DNA of 61,813 bases, the filler included, from Platydemus manokwari (taxonomy: Eukaryota): the NCBI GenBank assembly GCA_037951405.1. It is 6 parts of 6 records of this genome, joined end to end, with 100 filler letters (N's around TTAATTAATTAA, not from the genome) between each part and the next. Parts side by side here need not be neighbours in the genome. Positions count along the whole stretch, not along the records: positions 18,059 to 30,829 come from JBBMOY011916941.1; positions 30,930 to 39,715 come from JBBMOY011350316.1; 4 more parts are not named here. One strand, given 5' to 3'. Each line of letters starts with the position of its first letter. Within the stretch, counting starts at the first letter, position 1. Under the pieces are notes generated by a model. The model saw only the letters and a program-made list of their open reading frames with translations, did no database searches and was not told the DNA's origin. A program made the position numbers and the translations under genes. Below, piece after piece: positions 23,034 through 38,200 of this stretch.

Positions 23034-26000
23034 AAATAAACTGACCGACAAAAAGTGCAACCTTTTACTGATGATCTTGTGTGCGTGTGCGTGTGTGTAC
23101 ATATTTGTTTTTTTCGCTACAATTTTTTTATTTGTTATCAAATTAGTAGCTTATGAATTTTTGAAAAATTGTGTGCCGAAAAAGTTCCGAATTTAATTCA
23201 CCGCCATTAACAACAACAACAGCAATAAAAATATCCATTGAAATCCGTTTGGAAATGGCAATGTTTAGATGTAGTTCTGTTTATGCTTTTTTGAAAGAAC
23301 CCCCGAAAAAAATTATTGTCTTAAAACTTGAATGAAAATATGTCTTTTTTATTTTGCAGCTATTGATTATTTTTTTGATTTTTTTTTTCATACTGAACTA
23401 TTCAGTTGAAGGGAAAAAAGCTGTAGGCAGAATGTCAGTATTGCTATTAATTTTTAAAAAAATTGTAGTTTGAATAGGAATGACAGGAAATACTTTCATG
23501 AAACAGTTCTGTGAAATATTCAGAAAGAGCAGTGTTGTGCGTCAGTAAGGAAAAACCCGAAACTCATAGAGAGAAGAATAATTTCCATATATCTCTTTTT
23601 AGACTGAGAGGAAGAATGCGCAGCTCTATGGTTTCGTTATTCATCATGCGGGTAGAGAAAGAATTGATCGATATATCTTGTAGTTAGTTTTAGATTTTAG
23701 TTGCTAGTCGTTTTTAAAATCGTCGTCGACAGCATACATAATCCAACGAGAGACGCGGCAGAATTGTACACAAACAGTCTTGACACACGCAGGTCTTTAT
23801 TAGATATGTCACTCTGGATAGGTCGGCATTCGGTCGGGCAATCGTCTTCTACTTCGCAAAATGCATACAACAATCTCACCCAACACCAAAAAGCGCTACA
23901 CTCTCTCTCAGCCCAAATAAGCAAACAAACCGGTTTCTGAATTTATACCAGCACTAGCTAAAATAAAAATCTTAGGCCTCAAGCAGCGTAGAACCAGTCA
24001 GATGTAGAATTATATAAAGACACAGAATAAATTTCTGATAGAATATGTATATTTGGGACTAAATAATTTTTTGAAACGATGATGGAAATTTCTAATTTAT
24101 TGATTCTTCTAGAAGCTACTGTCAAAACGATGATTTTGACCATTATCTGATGACGTAATATTGTGTAGAGTTCTCTGTGCGCATGTGTGTAGATTTTCCA
24201 ATTTGCTCTACACTCAGAAGCAGAAGACGGTTGCCTAGATTTTTTTTCAACACCACACTTTATCTTCTCCAATTTTGGCTTCAATCAAATAAATAAATAT
24301 AAATTTATCGTCCAATAATACATACAACGGGAAGCATTATTCATCTTTCTGTGCTGGATAAGAGTTTTACATGCCTTTAATGTTGACTGAATGCAATAGT
24401 AGTTTGTATTCTCAATCTCTCTCTTTGTTTCTGTTTCAGATTTATTTTTCCGAAAGACGATATTCCGAAATTATTGGTCAGGATTTTCTGTCAATAAATC
24501 TGTGGAAAAATCTCATCAGAATTGTCATGGAAAAAGCTGGTTATTCTTCTATGCAATGAGTCCCAATATTGTTATGATATTTTCGATGAAAAATTAAATG
24601 GGGTTATAGGTTGTTGTTTTCCATCAGATTTTTTGTTTAACACGCGTGTGTGTGTGACTGTGTGTGTGTGTTTTTTTTAATGAATAAAAGATTTCGATAA
24701 TTTATTCAAATATCTGACAACTGGAAGAGAGCATTAGTCAGACGGGTTTTTTTTTTAATTCTCCCCCAGAAAAAGTGGAATAATTAGAATAACAAGTATG
24801 ATTTGGGAAAAAAAATTGAGGAGCTCTTTCGTATATATGTTTCCCTTTAAAGAGATTCTTTCTGCCAGTGATACAAAATGAAAAATAGTTGACAAACAAA
24901 TTGTTCTCGGTTATTTTTTTTTGTTTTCTAAAGTATCTCTTTGAAAACCGTTGTTTTAATGACGAAGAAAATAGTCTTTGTCAAAAAGGAATAATCAATA
25001 ATGCAACTCTTGTAGAATAAAATAAGAACTATGTCAGAATATATATATACATATATTCTGAGAGAAAACAATGAAATGTGAGACGATTATGCCTTGAAGA
25101 AGATGATAGTAATCGAAAGAGATTCTAATAGAATTGCAGTGTATTCTCATTGCAAGCTATAATTACAGAAATTTCCAATAGAAACTTTATCTAAGAACGG
25201 GAAATAAATCGAAATAAAGGTTGTTCATGTTTGTTGACGATAGTTACAGAAAAGGGAAAAATCGAAAAAAAAATCATATTGCTTTTATTGATTTATGGAA
25301 TATTTACGAGTGTGTGTGTGTGCGTATAAGTATTAATGGAAATATTATTCCAAGTTTTTTTTCCGTTTGGGCTCTACATATCTGAAAAAAAAATCTAAAA
25401 TTAAAACAGAGAGAAAAGAATTTTATTTCTTTTTTAATTCATTTCCATTCAAGAAGTCAATTGTGGAATCTTTTGAAAGAGAATTGACGTTTTAAATGAG
25501 TGTATTTTCGATGAGAGATTGAGAAAAAGAGAGATACATCTAAACCCACGACGAATGATTTTGGAATAAAAATTTATTCGATAAAAATCGATAAAAATTT
25601 GAGAATTTTTGTTTTTAAGAAATCAATACAGTTTATTGATCTTTACATATATTATTTTCCAACGAAAATTATCAAACAATAATATTTATTGATGGCCCAA
25701 ATCAATAAGTAAAGGTGGCTAGAACTGATCAATGCCTTTCACTTTTTCTGTTTTTGATTTATTGATATATTTTGAATTGGGGTTAAAAAAAATATGGTTT
25801 AGTCAATGAGAACCTCAGATTGGATTAGATTTATAAGATTTCTGTAATAACACTTTGGTAATTGTGCTTTAATTGTCTGTGACTTTGTTGCTTTGATTTT
25901 TGATTGAGTGAACTTCACATGTTAACAATGAACCCACTATTGCGCTTTACTTTAACTGTTGCCTTTTAGGAGCGGTTTCTTTTAAAGAACCGATAAAAAC

Positions 26001-29000
26001 ATTTTTCCTGATCGATTTGTTCATTAATCCATCGATGAGATATATTTTCAGTATTATTTAGAATTTGAAACGATAAAATTTTTATTATTATGTGAATTTC
26101 AAATAGCTGGTCTCATCAGTGGGGTGATTATTGATTCTTTTATTGTCACTGAAAGCTTTGTACAATTCGTTGAAATTTAAAAATATTGGTTTAGCCATGT
26201 TAAACTGACTCGGTGATAATTATCAATTTTCGTATCAGTGTGCGCGTGTATGTATGTGAGTAATCCAATGTATTACAATATCTCAAGCTCTACACACTTT
26301 GGTTCTACACACTCATTCAGGTCGATTTAAGTTTACACCAGAAAATATAGAAATTTTAGTTGATGTTGTCATGTATTTTCAGAAATAGTAATTTCACATC
26401 ATCAACATCATGAAATAAATCAAGTGTTACAATCTTTGTTATTCTCTAATCCATAGAGTTACTTACAGTGATTTAAGGGTGATTTCCTTGGTATGATTGG
26501 GATGAATTTACAAAACTACTCAAAACATTTTTTAATAACTTGTTATCGACTTTTTAGTCCAAGTACGATTTCACTGTGTCCGAGAAGAAAAATCTTATCA
26601 AACTCAAACGATTCAATATTATTGTATTCTTTAAAGCTATTTGGAAATGCATTTATTGTATTGATTTTCAAAGTTTTCTAACAACACAAAAGCAATTTTT
26701 GTTTTTGGGATTTTTATGGCTCATTGAAAAACGAAGAAAAAGATATTTCCTTTAACTAGAACAGTGTTGTAGAAAATGTAGTATAATGATTAGATATTAT
26801 CGATTAGGTTTTACTTTCCAATATTCAAAACGGTAAGCGATTGATTATCGATTACATTTTTTATTCAGAAATAAAATAATAATAAAAATTATTATACATT
26901 GTAAAGAATTATGAAATGAATTGGTTTTTCTTTGACAGTCTAATAATGCCGCCTATTGAAACGGTATTTTCTCTTTCCGTTTAGATTATTTGGGAGATTT
27001 AGACCCAATGATATTTGTTTTACCAAATCCAACCATCATGTTTAAAACTTGTGGTTGTGTTGTGTAATGACGTGCCGTATTTGTTTTAAAAATAAATCAC
27101 AGCCCACTAGCACCATATGTATATATGTATGGATGGCATTGGGATAAAAGCGAATAGTTTTAATTGGAGTTTCAGAGATTCGTGAGCTGATTTTGTATTA
27201 TTTTCACATAAATTCCACCGTCTATCGTTCAATTTCACTTTCGTATATCTGTGGATTTGTGATTTTCAGTTATCGTTTCAGTTCTCCAATTTTTAGACTC
27301 GATATATGTTATATAATCAGGAATTTTATAATGCGGTTTTCTGAATAATAACAATTATGTCATCGAAAATAATTGCTTGAAAAAGATTTTTGATATTTTT
27401 CCTTTTATTTTCGACCGACTTTCCAATGTATTGATGGTGAGGATTTTCTCACCAACCAAGGATCAATCAGAATGTGCCAGCTTAGTAGTTATCTCTGAAA
27501 CTGCAGTAATAGTAATGTTTTTTCTGGTATTTATTTAATCTCAATATTGATATCGATTTTTACATTAATACTAATGGTTTCCGGATTAGGTTTTTTTTTT
27601 AATATATATCAGTAATTCAAATCTTAGTTAAGTATCTTATAATGGGAATTCGAAGTATTGTTTTTCTGTCAAAAATAGAAGTCAGACTGTCTAAATAATT
27701 AAAATATCGATATTTGGGTTTTGATTCAATTATAAAACAATGCATATGCATTACTTTGATTCCTTAGTAGCTGGATGATAAAGATTTTCGAACTGTTCTC
27801 TCAGCGTAGAGCTTAAATTCGCTACCATATTTATGACTGGATAACTTGTTCCAACAAAAAAATCCATCAAAAAAGATTTATCACTTGATAAAGAATTAAT
27901 TCAGCATTACAATCAGAGATTGGTTGGATGTGTATTTTCAAGTCATCACAATTCATTCACCAGTGAGCCGCAACGCATCGTTTTGATGATGGAGAGTTCT
28001 TGCTGATTAAAAAAAGCATATACAAAACTAAACAAATCGTTCTCAGATTTAAATTATCCAAAGCAACTACTTTCGTATCCACAGATTATCAAATTAAAAA
28101 TCTCAAACACAAAAAAACAATTTGCAATGTTAGCTAAATGACAATAATTTGAGATCTAGGTAGATTTTCTTCACTAATACAATCTAATTGATCATATCTC
28201 AAATGAGGTTCCATAATTCATATAGTTACAAATGCTATAAAATGTGAGTTGTTGTCTGAACACGAGAAAACAAGGCTGGTTTGCAGTCAGTCTCGTTTAT
28301 TTAATCCGGTAAAGTACAACAATATTCAGGATTGTTTTAATTTTATTATACTGCGATTAAAACTGTATTACTGGTGTGATTATCATTATTTTTCCAAGAG
28401 ACTATTCTGATCTTGAAACTTAAATGTATCATTTTGATGAAACTGAACGAGATATTTTCACGGGTATGAAAAATTCCAATGGTCTTTGTTTTGCAAATTT
28501 CCAGTTTTCTCATTCCATTAACATATATTCGTGGAATTTTGATTTCATGAACTAAATCTGGAATCAATTCTAAAAGATAAGCGCATTATTTATTAAATTA
28601 ATATCAAATTCATCGTTTCGAAAGAATTATTCATTTCGATCATCAATCATTAAATGTAGAGCACAATTAGAATTATTGGATCTTAGATGGTAATAATGCA
28701 TTTATTCTGGTTATGAAAACTGTTGGAATTGCATTAGAATTTGAACACAGTTCACTGATGGAAACAACGAAATCTGTCGAGAACAAATGATACGAATTAA
28801 CAGTTCTCGTGCGTTATCAACGCAACATGATTATGAATAAAATCGTGCCGAAATCATGTTTCTTTTGCTGGTAGATCTCTGGAAAACATCCCAACATAAT
28901 TCGGGATGTCATCGTGGAAATACAGTCGTATCAAATGGTTAATGTCGAGTCAATTCTTAATGTACTCAGATAATTTCAGGCATATGGTTTTGTCGAAATA

Positions 29001-30829
29001 AAACCATCTTTGAAATTTTAATATGGATTTTACTTCTAAAAATCATTAACAATTCAATGATAAATAATGACTGATATGATTATCTCTCTCTCTCCATGCA
29101 TATATACAGCAATATCAGTTTATTGGATTGTTGTTTCGATTGATAAAGAATTATCAAGATTATTCTGAATGCGTAGTTCGTTTCCATGTCATTGACAACA
29201 ATGACACAGGAAAGATTTATTAGAAACTATAATTGGAAATGAAAAGCCGACTGTAAGAAACGGGGCTGGGTTCAGTGTATCTCTTCATATATACATATGT
29301 ATAGCAATCAACCAGAATCGAAATCTAGTTTGTTACATGTTCGGTCTGTTCTTTTCTATGCACACATCTTTCGTATGGTTTGGATTGACATCTTCAATAT
29401 GACCGTTCTGATTTTATCAACAGAACACATGCGGGGTTGCAATTCATGAATTTCATTTTCCATGTCATGCGTGTAGGTTTAGTTATTTTTTTTATTCGTG
29501 CAAGTATTTGAATTAGACTGCCGTGGTGCTTTGACATATTTTATGTGATAAATTGAGCTTTGTATTAGATTTGTCAATTCTTGGCTATTTAGTGGTTAGG
29601 ATTTATTGTCTGGATTATTTTTTGTGAAACTGTATCTTTAACCGGGACTGTATTAACGACTATCATTGTTATCGCCTGAACAATTACGGTTTGCTCAGGA
29701 ATTTAAAGGAACGCATAAATGAATTATTCGAAATAATATTGAGACCAGTGGATAAGTACTTGGCTATTTGATTTCAGAAATTCTCGGAGATGAATGAGAT
29801 ATTTTAACGAGATTATTAAGCAACCCATTAAACAGTCTTGAAGACATGTAAAGAAATTTAATATAATTGTGAGCAATATTGTTGTCAGGGTTGTATAAGC
29901 ATTTTCAAAGCCATTGATTTGAAACCAAAAATCCATTCGTAAATTATCAAACTCTTATGTTTTCATAGGATAAAAAATCGACCCTTAATCTAGGAAGTGT
30001 TACCTGTTAGATTCAAAAAACCCGCAAACATGCTTAAGAGTAAAAATACACTTGAGATCAGAAAAGAGAAATTACGATTGGTGGAGATTGTAGAAAAAAG
30101 GTCGATAAAGACATTGAAGTGAATTTATAATCGATAACTAATAATGAAATTTGTTTCTGAAATCTTACTGATCAAGTTCCGTAAATTCGGGGTCGGTTTT
30201 TTACGAGAAAAATATATTTTATTAGAACACGTTTTTTGTCCGATATGATAATATTCGAATCATGAATAAAATGAACAATTCTGTGGTTGGCATATGATTC
30301 TTCGTTGCATATGAGTTTGTTGATGAGCTTCTGATTAGATATTCAAATAATATGGGTATGGTTTCGAGATATTCACGGGAACGATTTCTGTAAAATTGTA
30401 TTTGTTAATGCTGTACTGTTTTTTTTTATCAATAAAAATCGAAACAAAGAAAATTCTTAATCTCGTGGAGATGAATTTTATGAGATCAGATTTCACAATT
30501 CAAAAAAATATGGCTAAAGGTTGTTCGTCTATCTTTAGTCAGAAAATAAAATCAATTATTTGATGTTGCTGTTATAAATATGTAATGGACAGTTTTATCA
30601 GAAAAATTGCAAACACTAACTTTATAGGGTCAATAATAGCACAACAAATAGCTTCCTTTCTTTAAAAATGCTGAAAAGCCTCTTTGTTCATTTGGTTCTA
30701 CAATTATGTAATAAACAATTGCGTTGTTTATCCTGTTTTTTTAATCTTGACCTATCCTAACAATGTGGCAGGTATAATCTAATATAATTAACATTATTAT
30801 TACTCTAATTAATTGTTTATTTTATATAT

Positions 30830-30929
30830 NNNNNNNNNNNNNNNNNNNNNNNNNNNNNNNNNNNNNNNNNNNNTTAATTAATTAANNNNNNNNNNNNNNN
30901 NNNNNNNNNNNNNNNNNNNNNNNNNNNNN
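30830..30929. other. artificial contig spacer
   Basis: 44 N + TTAATTAATTAA + 44 N. Confidence 0.98.
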
Positions 30930-31999
30930 ACTTATTTTTTAAGCGAGTTATAGTCTTTTAAAGTTGCTGTTAGATAACGGCCATTATTTTTGCACCAACC
31001 TAATATCAAGTTTTTTGGGAACAATTAATCTAAAACAGAACTTAAAACACAAATTTTAAATAATAAAATAAGCAAATGTCAATATTAAATATTTTAAAAT
31101 AATTATTAATTTAAAAAAATATTAAAGACATAAAACTGAAAATTATTTTAAAGAAAAATTTTGTTTTACTATAACAAGTTATTTTTGTTTATTTCATCAC
31201 TAAAAGGATATCAAAAAGAACAAGTTGAAATGAATTGTGCTGACTCATTATAGAAACAATGAACTAAAAATCGAGCATGTACCAAAAACAGAATTCCATA
31301 ACACACATACAAATTAATAACAAATCGATTTCAACTTGTGTAATTTGTGAAGACATTTTGAAGAAGACATCATGTTTCAGGCATACGGTTAATTTTAACC
31401 TTGCGGCCTCATAAAATCTTATAACAAACCACTTCATTGTTTCCCAACTTCCTTTTTTATCGAGAACCTTGCCCGACCACCGAATTGGTACTCCACATAC
31501 TAGAGATGTTTTTTCAATTAAATCAAAATGAGTTCTTGGCCATAATATTTACCTCTTATTTATTATATTTATCAGGTATTATGTTTATCTTGTATTAATG
31601 AATATGACCAACAGCGCCCTTTAGTTAATTTTTTACACTTTCTGATACTAGCTTTAAGTAGTCAAGTGTACTTTTGTGAAAATTTAATCATAGTTTTATC
31701 GATTTAATTACCAACCCATTAAATTTTAAGTCGTTTGTTCCCACAATCTATCAATTAAGATGAATTCGATATGAACTTTAAACTTCAGCATTACCACAAT
31801 GATGACGTTTTCAAAGTTTTTAATTAACTGGAAATAATTTGAGAAATATTATTAAAAAGCAATATTATATTATGCGTCATTTCTTAAAACCATTTATGAA
31901 TTCCATTTATTTGACGCAATTGTGTTTGACTGAATTCTGAAATTTAATTTTGAGTTATCGAACCGATTTAAATCGGTTTATTTTACATTTTTTCCTTTC

Positions 32000-32230
32000 A
32001 CCGTGTTAGCTGTTACTATTTTAAAAACTACCTGTTAAAAACCAACGGAAATGCCAGGACATCACAAATCTATTTCAATACAAATATTTAAACAAATAAT
32101 TCTAATTTTACATTAATTTAATTTTTTATAAAATTTGAATAAAATGTGAATTAAAATTGTTTTGAATTAAATTGAAATTTAATTCACAATAAATATCTCG
32201 CACACTGGAATCTTTTTGAGAACCTTAAAT
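32000..32230 (-). repeat. copy of the dispersed exon-intron-like repeat family
   Basis: ttagctgttactattttaaaa and attgttttgaattaaattgaaatttaattca match the reverse complement of 4170-4350. Confidence 0.65.
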
Positions 32231-35200
32231 GTCTGATATCATCTTGTCTATTAGTTTGCTCTGACATTGTTTTGGCTGCTACTCCTGAATGTTATTGCGA
32301 ATTATTTGCATCATCCTGTACCAACAACATGTCCTTAATTACAATAATAAATACTGATATTATTGCTAATGCCAATTATGCTATTATAAATATTAAATCT
32401 AAAACAAATACCAAAATCGTAGAATTCTAATGATAATGATTATATTATTATTAATATATTATTACAATTATAACATTAAAATTCTTAGCTTAATTAGCTT
32501 TATTGTAATTTAAAACATAATTATAATTTATAAAAAAATTATTTTATTTTTAGAAACACTTTCAGAAACACGTTCTAAGAGACCATAAACACATTTTATC
32601 CCACGAACAGAATATCGTTTAAAGTACAAACGAAATGGATGATAAATATAGCAGTGACACTGTTTACCATCGGATGCAGCTACTGAACTATTGATGGTTA
32701 AAAAAACGTGGTTTTATTTCATAAATAAATGTCACCCGATAACATAAACAAACAATTCAGAATTATGACGTTTGCAATTAAACATGGATATCTTAACATT
32801 ATAATTTAATTTTATGCATAATCTATAAAGTAGTTAAGGGGTATCCTTAATTAAAATAAATGAAAATTTTTGAAATTTTCTGAAAATAAAATCATTGAGG
32901 ATATTTGAATTCCATATATTTTCGGTTACAGTCATTGTTGATTTTGTTCTCTTTTCTCATGAATCTGATTTTCGAAATAAATATTTCTAGTTTCATTTCA
33001 TTCCTCGAACATGTAGTTTTCAGTCTTTTGGTGCAATTTCTATCTCTATTGCTTTGCAAACCTTTAATTTAAAGTGGTGAACCTTTCATTGACTTATTGG
33101 TGAACTCTGGCTAATTAGACAGTCGTATTTAATACATATTTTCTTACGCTAAATCTGTCTTCGAAACATAATTCGGTGCATTAATTTGTATTTTTGTTCA
33201 CTGAAAAATAAACAACAGAATTCTTGATTATTTGTTTAATTTAATATCAAAACCATAAACGAAGCTTAATTTCTTTAATAAAATCTAACCGTCATTATAA
33301 CGAATGAAGCGACTTGCTTCGTAGGAATTTCTTCTGCTGGGTATATCACAAATCAATCAAAAGGATCAAGAGAACCTAAGAAATAATCCTAATAAGGGTC
33401 GATACTCACAGACTCGATAAACACGCGTGCCGTTAACCAACCAGATTCGTTCAAATGTCAATTCATATTCAGAAGCTAATATATCCTACAATAGCACGAG
33501 AGATGCGAGGAAAATATCAAAAAGGTCGAACCACGAAAAAATTCTGCAAATAGAAAACGAAGATTCTTGGCATCGAGCAGACACTCCCAATAGATTTATA
33601 AAAGAGGTTGAGTTCCATGAATATCTGCCAGTCTTTTTTGATCGGTAACTTGAGTGTTAAGCTTATCTTAGTGTGATTTTTAGTAATTAGTCTTTTTGAT
33701 TACTTTCCATTCGGTTTTTGACTTTCGGGCGTTGATCTCGTCTTGAGTGATTTACTATTGTGAATTGTGAAATTATTTATTGTAGTTATTGAGATTTGGA
33801 TTGTGATATTTTGATTAATACATTTTCAGATCGAAATTGTTGATTAATATACCCAACACATCCATCAAATATATTATTGAAATTCAGTATATAATGATAA
33901 TTGCTGTTGGCTTTCCTAAGCACGTTTATCTAAACATTGCAATCACTAGTCAGCACAGTCTAATGAAAAGTTGAAAAAATGATTTAATTCATTCATTCAA
34001 ACAAAGCATATTTTTATTTTCGATTTCGACCATGATTAAAATTAAGAAATTTGAATTAAATCTCACTGAGGTAATATATAGTGAAAAATTATTTTCAAGG
34101 ATTTTTACTGATGATCGAATGATCAATGAGTGAAAAGCAGTATGATAAATTAAAAAATAATAGCTATAAGTAGGATCAATGTAATAGGAGAACATTAACA
34201 AAAATTTGCTATACAACTATCTAGAATAAAACAAACGACAATTGATGGAATTATTCAAAGTTTAGCAGTTGATTTTTATTTATATTATTTCATGATTACC
34301 GGCTAAAATTGACGATTATTAGAATTATTAAAGGATTAACATTTTCAAATCGACATTGTTAGAGCATGAAAGTGAACCAAATCAGGAATTATACATTGAG
34401 ACCAGACATGTTAATCCTAGCAGTAATAATCATATAATCATGTTTGTTATTTAAAATCTATAATAACTAATCTCTTTAACTAAATCGCTTTTATAACTAA
34501 TTATACAATATACTTTATTTTAATAAATTTTGTACTCTAACGAACATATATGTTAAGTTCAATGAACACAACGTGGACATACATGAAATTGCAAAACCAA
34601 GCATAATAAATAAGTGGAAAAGAAACGAATGTGTATTAAATGTTATTTAAACCCATATTATTCAATATAGCTTTATCCAGATATATATTACACCCCTTTC
34701 TTGATTATAAGAGGATCTCTTACCTTTGCTCTAACCGAGTTTAACAATTCATAACACTTAAAATTAAAATTTATCAACAATCGCTAATTTGGAATAAATA
34801 GGCTACTGTCGATAAACAGTAATATATCATTTAAATAATATTAGATACTGTTTTAGTATTTCAGTTCTACCGGTCTGAATTTTGGCATCTAGCTTGGATA
34901 TTCTATTTATGGTGTATCGTATTTACAATTTTGTAAATTTATTTCTTGATACGATATGTATCTGTTAAATTAATCAGTTTTTGTTGTTGATGCTATAATT
35001 TTCATTGAATAGTTTTGTCAGGATACCGCAACATATTTTTACACTACTTAATAAATTTTACAAAAGAAACTGTCAACATTTTCTTATTTAGTATTATCGT
35101 AAGTATATCAGAATAAACCTATTGATAGAAATATTAATGTTAAATTTTTATGTGCTCCTTTCAGAAAAAAGTATTTGAAAATGTAGTTAATGTTATGCTT

Positions 35201-38200
35201 GCATTGTTAACAACTTTACTTACAAAATTATTTTACAATTGGATATAAATATGCCTTGTTTAAATATATTATTTTTAAAATTATATTATAAGAGTTTTTA
35301 ATGAAAATTTACAATCTTGAAACTATTTGTTGCTTTCATTACAAATTTTTATAATGCAATCATGGCATAACATTAATATATGGATATTGAAAATGGCGTC
35401 ATGAAATATATTTATTATTTCTTTAAATATTTATCACCAAGGTTGTAATAAATCTTTGATTTATTAGATAAGCTTATATATATAATTACAGAATTTTTAT
35501 TTCGATCAATCCCTTTATTTTATTTTAAAAATATTTACTCTGAACTATTTTATTTGATAAATGACCTTAAATAATATTCAACAGAAGTTTCAAAAGAAAA
35601 TTAAAATTGAAATATCAATGGTTGATTACTATCACATATTCTATTCATAAAATGTAGCTTACGTCATTTATTTGTAACGTAATAAGCCTATCAATGTGAT
35701 TGTGCAATAAAAATTATTTTATTCATTACCTGACGATGCCAATTTCAAATCGATTTCAATAAAATTAACCAATTGAAACTTGAATTAAGTTTTACTGTCG
35801 ATGAGTAATAAATTATTTTGAATTTTTTTGTTATTTTCAATCATATTGACTTATCGATTTATATTTGAATGTTTTTGTTTATAATTAAGTAACCGTTATG
35901 GAATGCAATTTATAAAATAATCTTTGTAAATGAAGTTATAATTATTTTGTTATCATGAAGGATTGAATCACTTCATCGAAAATTCAGAGTTATTCAATGC
36001 AATAACAAAATAAAAATGATTCGATTTGATTACTTTGCTATGTTATGATTTATGTTTCAAATGAAAATATCGAATTGATTTGTTATAATATTGAAGCTCA
36101 AATGTGACATTCAAGTGTTCCGAATGAAAATGAACTCCAACTAGCTGATACATTTATTGGTTAAGTTTTTGTGAAAGATATTATCAGTGCATAACTTCAT
36201 ATGTATTACATTATAATGTTTATTATGATTGGATTATAATGTATTTATTTGTTTTCTGTCGTTTTCATTGTCAATATTTGTTTATCGTTAAGAGAATAAA
36301 AATTTAAATTTGAATAGGATTTCAAACCTTTAATAAATCATTAGATTTTGATTATCATTATCATCAGTATCGAACTTAAATAAAATATTTTTATACTTGA
36401 TATTAATTAGGTTAAATAGGATAATTATATGACTGACAATTAATAATAGTACACTACTGATAACATTTGAGAGATTTTGAGAATGTTAGCTGAGTAGAGG
36501 TTTGATTAATTGTCCCAATCAAATATCTGATCAGGAGTAGAATTTTGGATTTTGTTTCAATATTCTGTGTGTTTATCAGGATCAATATAAAGACAATGGA
36601 TTATTTAATAGGCATTCCAATCAAAGACCTTAAACCCTTAAGTTGAAAACACTTGCGACAGTTCTAAGTTTACCAGTTATAGTCCATAAAGAAAGTAATG
36701 GAAGAGTTTTTTGTGAAAGAAACAATTATCCAATTCCTTTGAACTCTCTTATAAGATTGCTATCTTCACGGTTAATTTCATTAGTTTAATTTGCAATTAA
36801 ATTTAAACCGATTTGTTTGTTGATTTGTATGACGGGTTTGAAATATGTTGACACCCTTTAAAGTTGCTTAATTTCTGAACCCAATCTTCTTTGTAGTTGA
36901 GACCAAATTTGTTTTTTATGTTCCTTTTCAAATTTTCCTTTTGTTTTTATATTATTCTTTATGTTATATTTATTTCTAATAGGCCTTAATGTTGTTGTTC
37001 CAGTTTATGGGTTGTCATGATATTTCCTAAATTATTATGTCATTACTTGATATTGCTATTACGATTTTTATATGTTGCTACATATAGTCATGCTATGTAT
37101 TATTGTTATATAATTATATTATTTTCACTGAGATTATTAATTTCTATAAATTTGGTTTTAGATTTTTGATTAATTTTCACAATGGCTTAAATAGGAACAA
37201 ATCTTTCTCCAATAACACCAATAAATATTCACAAAACATTTTCCTTGGTTTGATTATTTAGTTGTATATAATTTGGTTCAGTTATTATTATCAAGGTCAT
37301 CGAAAATGTATTTTGGAATACAGCTATCAAGCTGTTGTTCAGCATGCACTATAGTTCTGATTTTGAACCTTTTCAGTAAATTTTTGTTTTTAATTATCTT
37401 TTAATAAGCTCCTTTAATATCATTTTTGATGAATTTTTATCAAATCACACTAATGCCGATATTTAACTTTGGAAATTTTCAGAATTCGTATAAAAATTTG
37501 CCTGGAAACATTCTGAAAGTAGTTGTACATTTTTTGTTTGGTAATTATTCTAATTATTTTCTTCTTTGACATTCCAAATTCATGATTTTTCAACAAATTA
37601 GAATTACCAAAATTGACAAATGACATTTCTTAATCCATCAAAAACATGTCGATTTGAATAATTAATTAAATGAATTGTTTAAATGAATCGACATTTCAAA
37701 GAATAAATTCAACGAACTTAAACGATATTCAATTTGACATTTTCTACCAAGCCTACTCACCGTTTTTATAACACAGGTAGGCCGAACTTTCAATGATAAT
37801 ATCTCAAACCATTATTTGAATGTTCAGTATGAATTGTATGAAAATAATTTTGGAAATAAACTATCGGGTTTACTTTATTAATATTTAATATTAATATTTA
37901 TCGGTTTGCTTTTATGAATTAATTAATGAAATCTCGAATTAATCTAGTCGTGATTTTGTAACGTCTATTAAATTATAAAAACGATTTGATTAACTGGATC
38001 AAAAGTACATTGAATGATTCACGCTTTCAGCACTACACACACGCACACGCACAATCAACTTTGCAGAATATGAGACACGCTAGCACAAAAAACACAAAAA
38101 CACTGCGTAATTTGCTGACAACAGAAATACATTTTCAATCATTGATTAATGTTTGTTTTTTCCGGATATTTGTGTAGACATTTCTTGATGAAAAATATAA

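Noticed and set aside
19907-23141. Overlapping and antisense ORFs within the zinc-finger exon
   Set aside because: These are shadow ORFs of a GC-richer coding exon, with no motifs.
23697-30829. Short ORFs downstream of the zinc-finger gene
   Set aside because: No recognisable domains or consistent splice structure; probably UTR or intergenic sequence.
33304-33860. Possible solo LTR (TG...CA, GC-richer block)
   Set aside because: No target-site duplication or second copy is visible.
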